A stretch of DNA of 20,000 nt from an uncultured virus (IMG/VR IMGVR_UViG_2687453477_000003). Lineage: Duplodnaviria; Heunggongvirae; Uroviricota; Caudoviricetes. The position numbers and the translations under genes were made by a program. Below, piece after piece: positions 7,489 to 16,341 of this stretch (the first letter of the stretch is position 1; every line of letters begins with the position of its first letter). Under the pieces are notes generated by a model. The model did no database searches. It had not been told where the DNA came from and worked only from the letters and a program-made list of their open reading frames with translations. Location of the stretch: IMG/VR virus record IMGVR_UViG_2687453477_000003; one strand, written 5' to 3'.

Positions 7489-7609
7489 CCATCCCCTCCG
7501 CCTGCCCCCTCTCCCTCGAACCGCCTGCGCCGGCGCCCGCCGCCGGTGCGGCATCCGGGTGCGCGTTCATCGAGCGCGCAGCCTGATGCCCAACCACTGA
7601 GGACAGACC

Positions 7610-8215
7610 ATGCTCACCAACATTTTCGACTTCGAAACGACGGGTATTCCCGAGTGGAAGTTGCCCAGTGAAGACCCGTGCCAGCCCCACATCGTGGAAG
7701 TTGCCGCTCTGCTCTGCGATGCCGCCGGCAACACCATCGATCGCTTTGAGGCGATCGTGCGACCCAACGGCTGGGAAATCACCCCCGAAATGACCGCGAT
7801 CCACGGCATCAGCCACGAACAGGCGATGGATGTTGGCATCAGCGAGGCCGAGGCTCTGGAGGGCTTTCTTGCGATCAACGGCCGCGCAGCCCGCCGCGCG
7901 GCGCACAACATCAGCTTCGACGACCGTATCACTCGCATCGCGCTGATGCGCTACCAGGACGAGGATGCGGCCAACGCCTTCAAGGAATCGGGTGAGAAGT
8001 TCTGCACCTGCTATCGCTCCCGCGCACAGGTCGCGCTTCCCCGCAACAAGCTGCCGACCTTGGCCGAGGCATACAAGCACTTCACCGGGGAGGACCTGGT
8101 GGAGGCTCACCGCGCGATGCCGGACGCCCAAGCTTGCGCCCGCATCTACTTCGCTTTGCAGGGAGCCGATGTGGCGCCGGCCAGTTCGGTGCCGCCGGCT
8201 GAGGCGGAGGCCTGA
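7610..8215 (+). CDS. DEDDh (DnaQ-like) 3'-5' exonuclease
   Basis: ExoI 'FDFETTG', ExoII 'AHNISFD', ExoIII 'AHRAMPD'. Confidence 0.92.
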   Translation: MLTNIFDFETTGIPEWKLPSEDPCQPHIVEVAALLCDAAGNTIDRFEAIVRPNGWEITPEMTAIHGISHEQAMDVGISEAEALEGFLAINGRAARRAAHNISFDDRITRIALMRYQDEDAANAFKESGEKFCTCYRSRAQVALPRNKLPTLAEAYKHFTGEDLVEAHRAMPDAQACARIYFALQGADVAPASSVPPAEAEA

Positions 8216-8218
8216 GCC

Positions 8219-8716
8219 ATGGCACGCGGAGTGAACAAGGTAATCCTGGTCGGCCATCTGGGCCAGGATCCAGACGCAAGATCTACCCCCAGCGGGAAGG
8301 CAGTTACGTCCCTCAGCCTGGCCACTAGCGAAAGCTGGAAAGACAAGCAGACCGGCCAGCAGCAGGAGCGCACCGAGTGGCACCGGGTCGTGCTCTTTGG
8401 CCGGCTGGCCGAAATCGCAGCGCAATACCTGCGAAAGGGCTCCCAGGTCTACATCGAAGGCAGCCTACGCACCCGCAAGTGGCAGGGCCAGGACGGCCAG
8501 GACCACTACAGCACCGAGGTAGTGGTGGACATCAACGGCAACATGCAACTGCTCGGCGGCAAGCCTGAGCAGGCAGGCCAGTCGCGTGGCCCTGGCCGCG
8601 AGCCGCCACCGCGGCCGACCACTCACCACCAGCCGCAACCGGCAACCGACTACGACAGCTACGACGACGACATTCCGTTCGATGACCCCTATCGCCTGCT
8701 CTGGCGTCTCGTGTAA
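8219..8716 (+). CDS. ssb: Single-stranded DNA-binding protein
   Basis: [18 protein letters not shown]...[30 protein letters not shown]; acidic DDDIPF near the end. Confidence 0.96.
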   Translation: MARGVNKVILVGHLGQDPDARSTPSGKAVTSLSLATSESWKDKQTGQQQERTEWHRVVLFGRLAEIAAQYLRKGSQVYIEGSLRTRKWQGQDGQDHYSTEVVVDINGNMQLLGGKPEQAGQSRGPGREPPPRPTTHHQPQPATDYDSYDDDIPFDDPYRLLWRLV

Positions 8717-8742
8717 GCGCCAGGCCACCCAGGAGACACCCC

Positions 8743-9963
8743 ATGTGGTTCCGCAACCTGCAAATCTACCGCCTCACCCAAGACCTGCAAATCGACGCCG
8801 CGGCGCTGGAGCAGGCCCTGGCCAGCAAGCCGGCACGCCCCTGCGAAAGCCAGGAACTGACCACCTACGGCTTCGCCGCTCCGTTCGACAAGGGCCCGAA
8901 CGCACCGCTGGTGCACGCCAGCCGCGGCTTCCTGCTCATCTCCACCCGAAAGCAGGAGCGCCTGCTGCCCGGCAGCGTAGTGCGCGACGAACTGGCCGAG
9001 AAGGTCGAGCAAATCGAAACCGACCAGATGCGCAAGGTGTTCAAGAAGGAGCGCGACCAGCTCAAGGACGAGATCGTCCAGACGCTGCTGCCACGGGCTT
9101 TCATTCGCAAGTCCAGCACGTTCGCCGCGCTGGACCTTGAGCAAGGCCTGGTGCTGATCGACACCAACAGCGCAAAGAAGGCCGAGGACCTACTGTCCAC
9201 CCTGCGCGAAGCCCTGGGCTCGCTGCCGGTACGCCCGCTCAGCGTGAAGGTCGCGCCCACTGCAACCCTCACCGACTGGATGAAGGACCAGGCCGCCGGC
9301 GGCGACTTCCACGTGCTGGACAGCGCGGTACTCGCCGACACCCACGAGGACGGCGGCAAGGTCGTGGCCACCCGCCAGGACATGACCAGCGAGGAAATGC
9401 AGTTACACCTGTCCTCCGGGAAGCTGGTCACCCAGGTGGCCCTGGCCTGGTCGGACAAGCTCAGCTTCGTGCTCGACACCAAGCTGGCGATCAAGCGCCT
9501 GCGCTTCGACGACCTGCTGCAGGAGCAGGCTGAGAAGGACGGCGGCGACGATGCCGCCGGCCAGCTCGACGCCAGCTTCGTCCTGATGATGCTCACCTTC
9601 CGCGAGTTCATACCGCAACTGCTGGAGGCCTTGGGCGGCGAAGAGTTCCCGCAGGGAATCGACGGTGCGTACGATGAGCCCGAGCCAGCGCCTGGCGCCG
9701 GCATCGACGTAACCAAGGCGCTAGGGATGCGCGACGGTATCACCGCGACCCTCCATATCCCCCAGGTCAACGGGCCCGGTGACGACCCGCTGCTGAAGGA
9801 GGCCATCCGCTTCGTCCGCGAGACGCGCCGCGCTTCGATCTCCGCCATCCAGCGCAAACTCAAGATCGGCTACAACCGCGCGGCACGCCTGGTAGAGGAA
9901 ATGGAATTGCTGGATATCGTCGGGCCGATGCAGGGAGACGGATCTCGCGAGGTTCTGTCGTGA
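8743..9963 (+). CDS. rdgC: RdgC recombination-associated protein fused to an FtsK gamma domain
   Basis: [11 protein letters not shown]...[10 protein letters not shown]...LLPRAF...[10 protein letters not shown] (RdgC); C-terminal '[25 protein letters not shown]' (FtsK gamma). Confidence 0.92.
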   Translation: MWFRNLQIYRLTQDLQIDAAALEQALASKPARPCESQELTTYGFAAPFDKGPNAPLVHASRGFLLISTRKQERLLPGSVVRDELAEKVEQIETDQMRKVFKKERDQLKDEIVQTLLPRAFIRKSSTFAALDLEQGLVLIDTNSAKKAEDLLSTLREALGSLPVRPLSVKVAPTATLTDWMKDQAAGGDFHVLDSAVLADTHEDGGKVVATRQDMTSEEMQLHLSSGKLVTQVALAWSDKLSFVLDTKLAIKRLRFDDLLQEQAEKDGGDDAAGQLDASFVLMMLTFREFIPQLLEALGGEEFPQGIDGAYDEPEPAPGAGIDVTKALGMRDGITATLHIPQVNGPGDDPLLKEAIRFVRETRRASISAIQRKLKIGYNRAARLVEEMELLDIVGPMQGDGSREVLS

Positions 9964-10058
9964 AGTCGCCCCCATCGACGATGCAGAACGAAACGCTCGG
10001 GCACATCCGAGCGTTCTGGGCGGAGAAAGGCCACACGTGCAGCATTCGGTTTCAGTAG
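9960..10058 (+). pseudogene. Truncated LexA-type DNA-binding-domain gene
   Basis: GTG overlapping the rdgC stop gives [25 protein letters not shown], resembling LexA helix 1 up to the 'GxPP' turn. It then stops next to the moron. Confidence 0.45.
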
Positions 10059-10068
10059 AGACGGCGAG

Positions 10069-10383
10069 TTACAACCCCTTTTGAAGTGAGCGCTTGGCAT
10101 GCGCGACTATGCCGGCCTTGAGCATTTCTGCCCAACTCTCGAAAGGAGTCTCACTACGGACATAAGCGTCCCATGGCTCGTCTGGAATCGCCCGTAGATC
10201 TTCCGCAGTTTCAACCTTATAACCGGCACCACGAGCAAACTCGTCGAAATTCGCAAACTTGCTGTTAGACGAAATAAAGCTGGGACTCATGATCTCGCTA
10301 AACGGCACTTGATGCGTGCCATCGAGTTGCTTGAGGTTTTGCTGCAGACGCTTCAGGCCAGACAGATTCATCTTGATAGGCAT
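10069..10383 (-). CDS. Moron-encoded hypothetical protein (104 aa)
   Basis: ATG 10383 with SD GGGGGA; opposite strand; lower GC. Confidence 0.75.
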   Translation of the reverse strand: MPIKMNLSGLKRLQQNLKQLDGTHQVPFSEIMSPSFISSNSKFANFDEFARGAGYKVETAEDLRAIPDEPWDAYVRSETPFESWAEMLKAGIVAHAKRSLQKGL

Positions 10384-10519
10384 AGATCCCCCTAGTTGGT
10401 CAAGTAATAGCACCGTGACTTCACCATCGAGTTTTAGGGCAATCGATCTGCATTTCAAGCTCAGTTTATTCCTCTAGGTCGTGGTCACCAGCTCCAGGCT
10501 GCGACCTGACCCTCGATAC

Positions 10520-10547
10520 AGCGCCCCACCTGGGGCGCTTTCTCTTC
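10520..10547 (+). terminator. Probable intrinsic terminator
   Basis: AGCGCCCC-ACCT-GGGGCGCT followed by TTCTCTT. Confidence 0.6.
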
Positions 10548-10610
10548 CAGCACGCACCGGACTGGGTGTTCGACGCTGTGGGCGCATGGAGTCGGCAACG
10601 GGCGGCGTGA

Positions 10611-11306
10611 TCAGCTAAGAAAGTCTATGAGCTTCGATCCGAGCGGAGTAGTCCGTCCAGCGAGCATCCCTTCTCTGCTCAGGGTCCCAGCAAGACTGTC
10701 GATACTTATAAGGCCGCGTTGATATAGGTCCTTCCATATAGCGTTTCGGATTTCTTCATGGCCTTTAAGTTCTGGGATCCCGAGATCAACGACGCTCGTT
10801 AACCCACCCATGTTCCAGTTCGGAATCGTGATGTCATGTTCAGCAAACCACTTAGTTGGGTTGTAGAAGAGTTTCAGAAGCTTAATGTGGGTAGGTGTGC
10901 AGACATCTACAAAGTTGAGGAAGAGCTGACGGTAGTCGTCAGGTGGACAGGTGGGTAAGGCAGAGTTTTTTACCGCATTCCGTAGCGCCTCGAGCTTCTC
11001 TTCCTCATGGTTGCGCAAGGTGATGGAGCAGACCTCAGAAACGGTGCTGATGAAGGCATCGTTTTCCTGTAGCCCATCAATGGTCACCACGCCTTTTTCC
11101 AGCAGATCGTTGATAACCTCGCCGATTTGAACCATCGCCTCCGTTCTCCGCTTATTGAGCGGGGATTCCAGCACCGAGTTGAAGACATCAGCAAGCGCTC
11201 CGCCGGCGACTGGGATCGCCCCCAAAGTCACTCGAGCCAGCCTATGAAACTTCTCTGAGTCTGGTTCGTTCGCCGGGTCAAACGCGTCAGTATCAATTTT
11301 GTCCAC
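10611..11306 (-). CDS. Moron protein resembling Abi-alpha/DUF4393-like proteins; candidate anti-phage factor
   Basis: GTG 11306 with SD GGAAGGGGG. N-terminal 'AIPVAGGALADVF', central 'EEKLEALRNAV...FLNFVD' and C-terminal winged helix 'DLYQRGLI...TTPLGSKLIDF'. ORF is secure; family is tentative. Confidence 0.6.
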   Translation of the reverse strand: MDKIDTDAFDPANEPDSEKFHRLARVTLGAIPVAGGALADVFNSVLESPLNKRRTEAMVQIGEVINDLLEKGVVTIDGLQENDAFISTVSEVCSITLRNHEEEKLEALRNAVKNSALPTCPPDDYRQLFLNFVDVCTPTHIKLLKLFYNPTKWFAEHDITIPNWNMGGLTSVVDLGIPELKGHEEIRNAIWKDLYQRGLISIDSLAGTLSREGMLAGRTTPLGSKLIDFLS

Positions 11307-11426
11307 GAATTCCCCCTTCCTTGATCCGGCCCCATGCCGGGCCATCCAACTCTAGCCCCAACGACATCACTGCGCCATCACGCATAGCGCAGTGCGTCCT
11401 CACGTTCGCGAAAAGGAACCCGCCGC

Positions 11427-13340
11427 ATGATCAAGCGCACCCTCTACCACTTCCACTTCTGCTGCGGCCTGGGCGGCGGCGCCAAGGGCTTCAACCGCTC
11501 GCGACCGCGCGTCGGCAATGTCGAAGCGCAATGGGAATGTCTCGGTGGCATCGACGTCGATGCGGGCGTATTGCGCGATTTCGCCAAACTGGCTGGCGTA
11601 CCAGGCACCCAGCTGGACCTGTTCACCCGCGACCAATACATCCGCTTCCATGGAAAGGAGCCGCCCGCCGGTTGGCGGGAGGCGACTCCGGAGGATATTC
11701 GTCGCGCCGCCGGCGGGCGCCGACCGGATGCGGTGTTCATCAGCTCCCCCTGCAAGGGCGCCTCTGGCCTCCTCTCCGAGAAGATGAGCCTGACCCCGAA
11801 GTACCAGGCGCTGAACGAGTTGACGCTGCGCTGCATCTGGCTGATGGGCGAGGCATGGGCTGATGACCCGGTGCCGCTGATCGTCTTCGAGAACGTCCCA
11901 CGCCTTGCCAGCCGCGGCCGGCACCTGCTTAACCAGATCAACAGCCTGCTCGGCGGCTTCGGCTACGCCGTGGCGGAAACCACTCACGACTGCGGCGAAC
12001 TCGGCGGCCTGGCGCAGTCCCGGAAGCGCTTCCTCCTGGTGGCACGCCATGTCGAGAAGGTGCCGCCCTTCCTGTACGAGCCTGAGAAGAAGTCGCTCCG
12101 CGCCGTCGGTGACATCCTCGGCCGCATGCCGCTGCCCGGCGATATCGAGGCTGCCGGTCCAATGCACCGCGTACCGTCCTTGCAGTGGAAGACCTGGGTG
12201 CGCCTCGCTCTGGTGCGAGCCGGCAGCGACTGGCGCAGCCTGAACGACCTGGCCGTCGAAGACGGCTACCTGCGCGATCTGATCATCGTGCCGGAGTACC
12301 ACCGGGGCGTCCTGGGCGTGAATCACTGGGGCGATTCGTGTGGCGTTGTCGCCGGCGCGAGCCGCCCGATGAACGGGCGGTTCTCAGTCGCGGATCCTCG
12401 CGCGCCGGCAAACGCCCTGCAGTACCAGCAGTACGGCGTGCGCCGCTGGACCGACACCTCGGGCGCCATCATCGGCGTCAAGTCGCCCGGCCAGGGCACG
12501 TACTCCGTCGCCGATCCCCGCGGCCAGAGTTTCGGCAAGTACCCGGTCACCGACTGGGACGGTCCGTCCGGCACCGTGATCGCGGCCAGTACTACCGGCC
12601 AGGGTGCTTTCGCAGTAGCAGATCCGCGCCCGGGCGGCGTCCGGCACAACAACGTGTTCCGCGTCGTCAGCATGGGGAGCCACGCCGGAACCATCACTGG
12701 CGGGCACTCGCCGAGCTCCGGCGGCCAGGCTGTTGCCGATCCCAGGTACCACAACTGGCACCCTGGGGCGAGCAGCCGCAAATTGCACGTCGGCGAGTGG
12801 GGAAGCGCTACCGGCACGGTCACCGGCTCCCAGCAGGTGGCCAGCGGCGCTCTGTCGATCGCTGATCCGCGCGTGCTCGATCGCACCAAGGGCGACGCCT
12901 ACCTGACCGGCGGGCACTACGGTGTCGTCGGGTTCGACCAGTCCGCCGGCGCAGTGTCGGCCAGCGCCAGACACGACAATGGCCGGTGGAGCGTTGCCGA
13001 TCCGCGCATGCCGGCCGCGAATGACCGTCTGACCTGCATCATCCGCAGCCTGGACGGCACCTGGCACAGGCCCTTCACCACCCTGGAGTTGGCCGCGCTG
13101 CAGAGCCTGGTGGACCCGGAAGAACAGTTGATCCTCGACGGCCTGAGCGACAGCGACTGGCGCGAGCGCATCGGCAACGCCGTGCCGCCAGCCGCGGCCG
13201 AGGCCATCGCCGGCGTGATGGGCACCACTCTGCTGCTGGCCGAGGCCGGCGAAACCTTCCTACTCAGCAGCACGCCGATCTGGGTACGGCAGGTCGCGGT
13301 AGGGTTGAGCGTGGCTCAACAGGAGAACGCGGAGCGCTGA
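11427..13340 (+). CDS. C5-cytosine DNA methyltransferase with repeat-expanded variable region
   Basis: Motif I FCCGLGG, IV SPCKG, VI FENVP, VIII QSRKRF, IX RPFTTLELAALQS, X IGNAVPP. Confidence 0.92.
   Translation: MIKRTLYHFHFCCGLGGGAKGFNRSRPRVGNVEAQWECLGGIDVDAGVLRDFAKLAGVPGTQLDLFTRDQYIRFHGKEPPAGWREATPEDIRRAAGGRRPDAVFISSPCKGASGLLSEKMSLTPKYQALNELTLRCIWLMGEAWADDPVPLIVFENVPRLASRGRHLLNQINSLLGGFGYAVAETTHDCGELGGLAQSRKRFLLVARHVEKVPPFLYEPEKKSLRAVGDILGRMPLPGDIEAAGPMHRVPSLQWKTWVRLALVRAGSDWRSLNDLAVEDGYLRDLIIVPEYHRGVLGVNHWGDSCGVVAGASRPMNGRFSVADPRAPANALQYQQYGVRRWTDTSGAIIGVKSPGQGTYSVADPRGQSFGKYPVTDWDGPSGTVIAASTTGQGAFAVADPRPGGVRHNNVFRVVSMGSHAGTITGGHSPSSGGQAVADPRYHNWHPGASSRKLHVGEWGSATGTVTGSQQVASGALSIADPRVLDRTKGDAYLTGGHYGVVGFDQSAGAVSASARHDNGRWSVADPRMPAANDRLTCIIRSLDGTWHRPFTTLELAALQSLVDPEEQLILDGLSDSDWRERIGNAVPPAAAEAIAGVMGTTLLLAEAGETFLLSSTPIWVRQVAVGLSVAQQENAER
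12306..13007 (+). repeat. Six intragenic repeats of about 32-45 aa, each ending (V/I)ADPR
   Basis: Six ADPR-terminated units sharing roughly 'V..W...sG.V.g.....G..sVADPR'. Confidence 0.88.
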
Positions 13341-13388
13341 CCACGCGCACTGGACGAACCCGAAGCACATACGCATCCAGTATTCACC

Positions 13389-13681
13389 ACGCACTTCGAC
13401 ATCCGCCGCCTCCGCTTCAAGGGCAAGCCCATCGAGGACCGAAAGCTCTCCAGCGTCCAGCCCATCCGCGGGGACGTGTGCCTGCAGTGGGAGCAGGAAT
13501 CACCGATGGGACGCCCTTCGCAGGTGGCACTCGTCCTGCATGTCCAACCGAAAACCGCCACCCCGCCACTCTCTACGATGCGCAGATACACACCATGGCC
13601 ACCCTCGGGATGACGATCACCGGAACGGAGATCATCGACGGGGTGGCTTATGCGCAGTCGTAGCATTGCAGGGTGACTTAG
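13389..13681 (+). pseudogene. Decayed small phage gene (start loss, frameshift, nonsense codon)
   Basis: ACG-HFDIRRLRFKGKPIEDRKLSSVQPIRGDV... shifts frame near 13555 to ...TLYDAQIHTMATLGMTITGTEIIDGVAYAQS*HCRVT*, with TAG where a TGG would give QSWHCR. Confidence 0.6.
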
Positions 13682-13696
13682 CAGTTCAGAGCATCC

Positions 13697-14554
13697 CTAT
13701 TGCTCTTCACCGTTAGCCTCAACATCAGCGTGATCGTTCCATGTCCTCAACATCCAAGATGGCAACTGATCATGTCTTTTAACGCCAACCCTGGCATTCG
13801 AATAAGGCATGTGTGGTTCGAGGACGGTCCTGACCAATATTTGATCATTGGTAATTTGAATAGGAGCCACCAGATCTGGGGCGGCGGTAATATCCTCTCG
13901 ATCACGCAAGTAAAGCGGAACAAGATAATTCATGCTTCCAAAATACCAGTAAGGAAGCTGCAAGCTCCTATTTATTGACCATTGTATGGCACCAGAAATT
14001 GCGCACATCTGAGCAACAGGCGGAGCATCTTTTAAGAACTCAACCCTATCGGCATTGTCTTTCAGCATATGATCATGCTGCATCACAATCTCTGCCCCCT
14101 TTGGCATTTGTAGCCCAGTTGGTATCTCAGGGGCAGATGGCAGAGATGGAGCGTTGATATGGGGGCCACCTTTAATTAACTTCCATGGCGCCTTTCCTTC
14201 CTCATCTCCGGCCATGAATACAAGATACAAAGGCGTACCGTATCTAGTCTGCAAGCTACCGGCAGTGAGATAAAATTGATCTTCCCCGAAGGTAACTCTT
14301 CCCTGTTCGACACTCCAAGCAACATTCACTGCGAGATATTTCTTTAGCGCCTGAAGATTTTTCCCCCAGTTCTCACTGAGAGCATTGCTTTTAATCTCCT
14401 CCAAGACAGGCATCGGTATATATGCAAAGTCATGAAGCCGCTTCACGATTTTCTGCGTATACCCACTTCCGATATCAGCCTGCAGTTTTTCGATATTCAA
14501 CTCCCTATCTCCAATAGCGCCGTCATTGACGGTAATATCTTTTCTTGACACCAC
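13697..14554 (-). CDS. DUF3825-like protein in AT-rich moron
   Basis: Motifs 'DFAY..ALSENWG..LKKYL', 'GSLQTRYGTPLY', 'HMLKDNADR', 'YLVPLYL..PDL' and 'RTVL..PYSNAR' recall DUF3825; GTG start with SD GGAGGGG. Confidence 0.65.
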   Translation of the reverse strand: MVSRKDITVNDGAIGDRELNIEKLQADIGSGYTQKIVKRLHDFAYIPMPVLEEIKSNALSENWGKNLQALKKYLAVNVAWSVEQGRVTFGEDQFYLTAGSLQTRYGTPLYLVFMAGDEEGKAPWKLIKGGPHINAPSLPSAPEIPTGLQMPKGAEIVMQHDHMLKDNADRVEFLKDAPPVAQMCAISGAIQWSINRSLQLPYWYFGSMNYLVPLYLRDREDITAAPDLVAPIQITNDQILVRTVLEPHMPYSNARVGVKRHDQLPSWMLRTWNDHADVEANGEEQ

Positions 14555-14679
14555 GAGTCAACCCCTCCATACCATAGCACCAATACGGCAAAAGATCCCC
14601 TCCACAAGTACTCGCATTCAAACAGGATGACCAAACGCAACAAGGAAGCAGGCTTCGCGATTCAAACTAAACTAATTCT

Positions 14680-15045
14680 TCAGTCATCCAGCAAGTCTTC
14701 AAGCATTTTATCAACATCTGCAGCATTGTGCCGGGCGGCAGCAAACAGCTGACGCAATGCCGGAGAATAAGATGATGTTTCGTAAACAACAACACCCTCG
14801 CGAACCACTGCGAACTTTACGTCCGAAGTCCAACTCCATTCATCTTCGTCGCGGTAATACTTCGAGCGAACCTCGTACACGGCTAATATTCTTCCCTTGT
14901 ATTCCGCCTCCAGATACACTGAAATAAAATCTTCCGTAGCCCGAGTAAGACTGTCTGGAGCTTTTGTGGAGACCCACTTAACCGCACCCTCAGAAGTTCC
15001 TCGCAGCACTAGCATCATCAGTTTTTCAATTTTATCAGGATTCAT
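14680..15045 (-). CDS. Moron hypothetical protein (121 aa), translationally coupled to the upstream gene
   Basis: ATG 15045 overlaps the stop of 15042-15509 (ATGA); alpha/beta pattern 'T..G.VKW'. Confidence 0.75.
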   Translation of the reverse strand: MNPDKIEKLMMLVLRGTSEGAVKWVSTKAPDSLTRATEDFISVYLEAEYKGRILAVYEVRSKYYRDEDEWSWTSDVKFAVVREGVVVYETSSYSPALRQLFAAARHNAADVDKMLEDLLDD

Positions 15046-15509
15046 ACCGTGCCCACCCAATTCAAATCCTTCACCCTCTGATTCAACATTACAACAACTG
15101 CATTCATCCTACCTGCCACTTCCCAGCATTCGTCAATAGAAAGCTCTGCCACGCTCCGCTCGAACAGTAGATATTTTTTTATGCGCATCATATCCAGCAG
15201 GGACTTCACCTCGCGCAACTCCTTGTCCTTGACCTTGCCCTGAGCATTCTTAAGAAGCCCCCTTACAGCATGAAACCTCTGAATAACAAGCTCCTTTTTT
15301 CCGGTATCTTGCCATTCAGTCAAACTTAAAATATACAACTCCACCCCCTGCTGAAGCTCTGGGAGCATTTCATTCAATCTAACTTTAGAGAAAAAATTAT
15401 TCTTGATGTACCGAGTCTGATAGGCAACAAATAAAGTCACAAAAAAACTAATCAGCGAAAGAATATCCGCTACGCCGCCAACAACTGGCGGCAACGAAAT
15501 CCCATTCAT
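15042..15509 (-). CDS. Moron membrane-anchored helical protein (155 aa)
   Basis: ATG 15509 with SD GGGAG; TM segment VGGVADILSLISFFVTLFVAY; AT-rich. The track's longer 5' extension overlaps plus-strand genes. Confidence 0.78.
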   Translation of the reverse strand: MNGISLPPVVGGVADILSLISFFVTLFVAYQTRYIKNNFFSKVRLNEMLPELQQGVELYILSLTEWQDTGKKELVIQRFHAVRGLLKNAQGKVKDKELREVKSLLDMMRIKKYLLFERSVAELSIDECWEVAGRMNAVVVMLNQRVKDLNWVGTV

Positions 15510-15602
15510 ACAAACTCCCTCAACCTGGCCCCACCACACTATATCCGGAGACGCATCATCATGCCTACAGACAACAAGCAGCGAGCCAAGGAGGGCTACG
15601 CG

Positions 15603-15725
15603 ATGCGTAGAGCGTTGACCGCCCTCGGCATCATCGCAGCCCTCGGCCTGGCCGTGGTGGGGCTGGTGGAGATATTCCCGATCCTTCGCACGCTGGCGGC
15701 CTGGCAGATGGGGTGCTTCGGATGA
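15603..15725 (+). CDS. Small membrane peptide (40 aa)
   Basis: MRRALTALGIIAALGLAVVGLVEIFPILRTLAAWQMGCFG; SD AGGAGG; an in-frame upstream ATG exists at 15561. Confidence 0.6.
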   Translation: MRRALTALGIIAALGLAVVGLVEIFPILRTLAAWQMGCFG

Positions 15726-16144
15726 AGCAGAAACCAGGCATCGCCCTTCCCCGCTGGCTACTGCGGACCACAACGATGCAGATGCACAGCGTCGACGTGG
15801 TATTGGTGATGGCCCTGGTGCTCCAGCACCACGGCACGGCCGACGCTGTTCGCCGCGCCGCCGGTCAGCTTCGCGACAGAGTGTGTGCCGAGCACCGGCC
15901 CAAGATGACCGCGCTCATGCGAATGCAAGACGACGCGGCGGCGCTGCAAGTGGCGCTCAACATCGTCCAACGCGCCACCGACGCCCTGGGCATCCTGCCG
16001 GGAACGCCATTTCCGGCCGGGCCGGTACTGACTAACCGTTACCTCGAAACCCAACTTGCACCCGGTCCGTATCAATGGACCCGGGAGGTATCTCTATGCG
16101 CAACACCCAGCAGCACCAAGACGTCCCCCGCTTCATCGACTTGA
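15722..16144 (+). CDS. Hypothetical phage protein
   Basis: ATG 15722 overlaps the previous stop; GC-rich core codon usage; 3' end overlaps the excisionase. Confidence 0.65.
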   Translation: MKQKPGIALPRWLLRTTTMQMHSVDVVLVMALVLQHHGTADAVRRAAGQLRDRVCAEHRPKMTALMRMQDDAAALQVALNIVQRATDALGILPGTPFPAGPVLTNRYLETQLAPGPYQWTREVSLCATPSSTKTSPASST

Positions 16145-16329
16145 ATATGGTCAAGTTGAGAACGGGGATGGGTACCACGTTCATCTACGACCATATGAAG
16201 AAAGGGGACTTCCCCAAAGGGCGCAAGTTTGGCCGTGCCACTCGCTGGGCAGAGGTTGAAATCGACCAGTACTGCAACGGAACCTGGACGCCGCAGGCGC
16301 CAACAAACGAAGCGGGAGCCCCGGAGTGA
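16096..16329 (+). CDS. alpA: AlpA-family excisionase / recombination directionality factor
   Basis: 'FIDLNMVKLRTGMGTTFIYDHMKKGDFPKGRKFGRATRWAEVEI' matches the AlpA pattern; SD GGAGG before ATG 16096. Confidence 0.9.
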   Translation: MRNTQQHQDVPRFIDLNMVKLRTGMGTTFIYDHMKKGDFPKGRKFGRATRWAEVEIDQYCNGTWTPQAPTNEAGAPE

Positions 16330-16341
16330 TCACTCCGGGGC
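16318..16341. repeat. Perfect 24-bp palindrome at convergent stop codons
   Basis: GCCCCGGAGTGATCACTCCGGGGC equals its own reverse complement. Confidence 0.85.

Noticed and set aside
5051..9863. Long alternative ORFs (5051-5722, 5974-7434, 6186-7586, 7391-8425, 8865-9863)
   Set aside because: They are antisense or frame-shifted shadows of well-supported GC-rich genes and carry no recognisable motifs.
11321..13273. Overlapping ORFs around the methyltransferase
   Set aside because: Shadow frames of the motif-complete MTase.
13345..13385. Intact LexA box
   Set aside because: No CTG-N10-CAG at the correct spacing; only half-sites.
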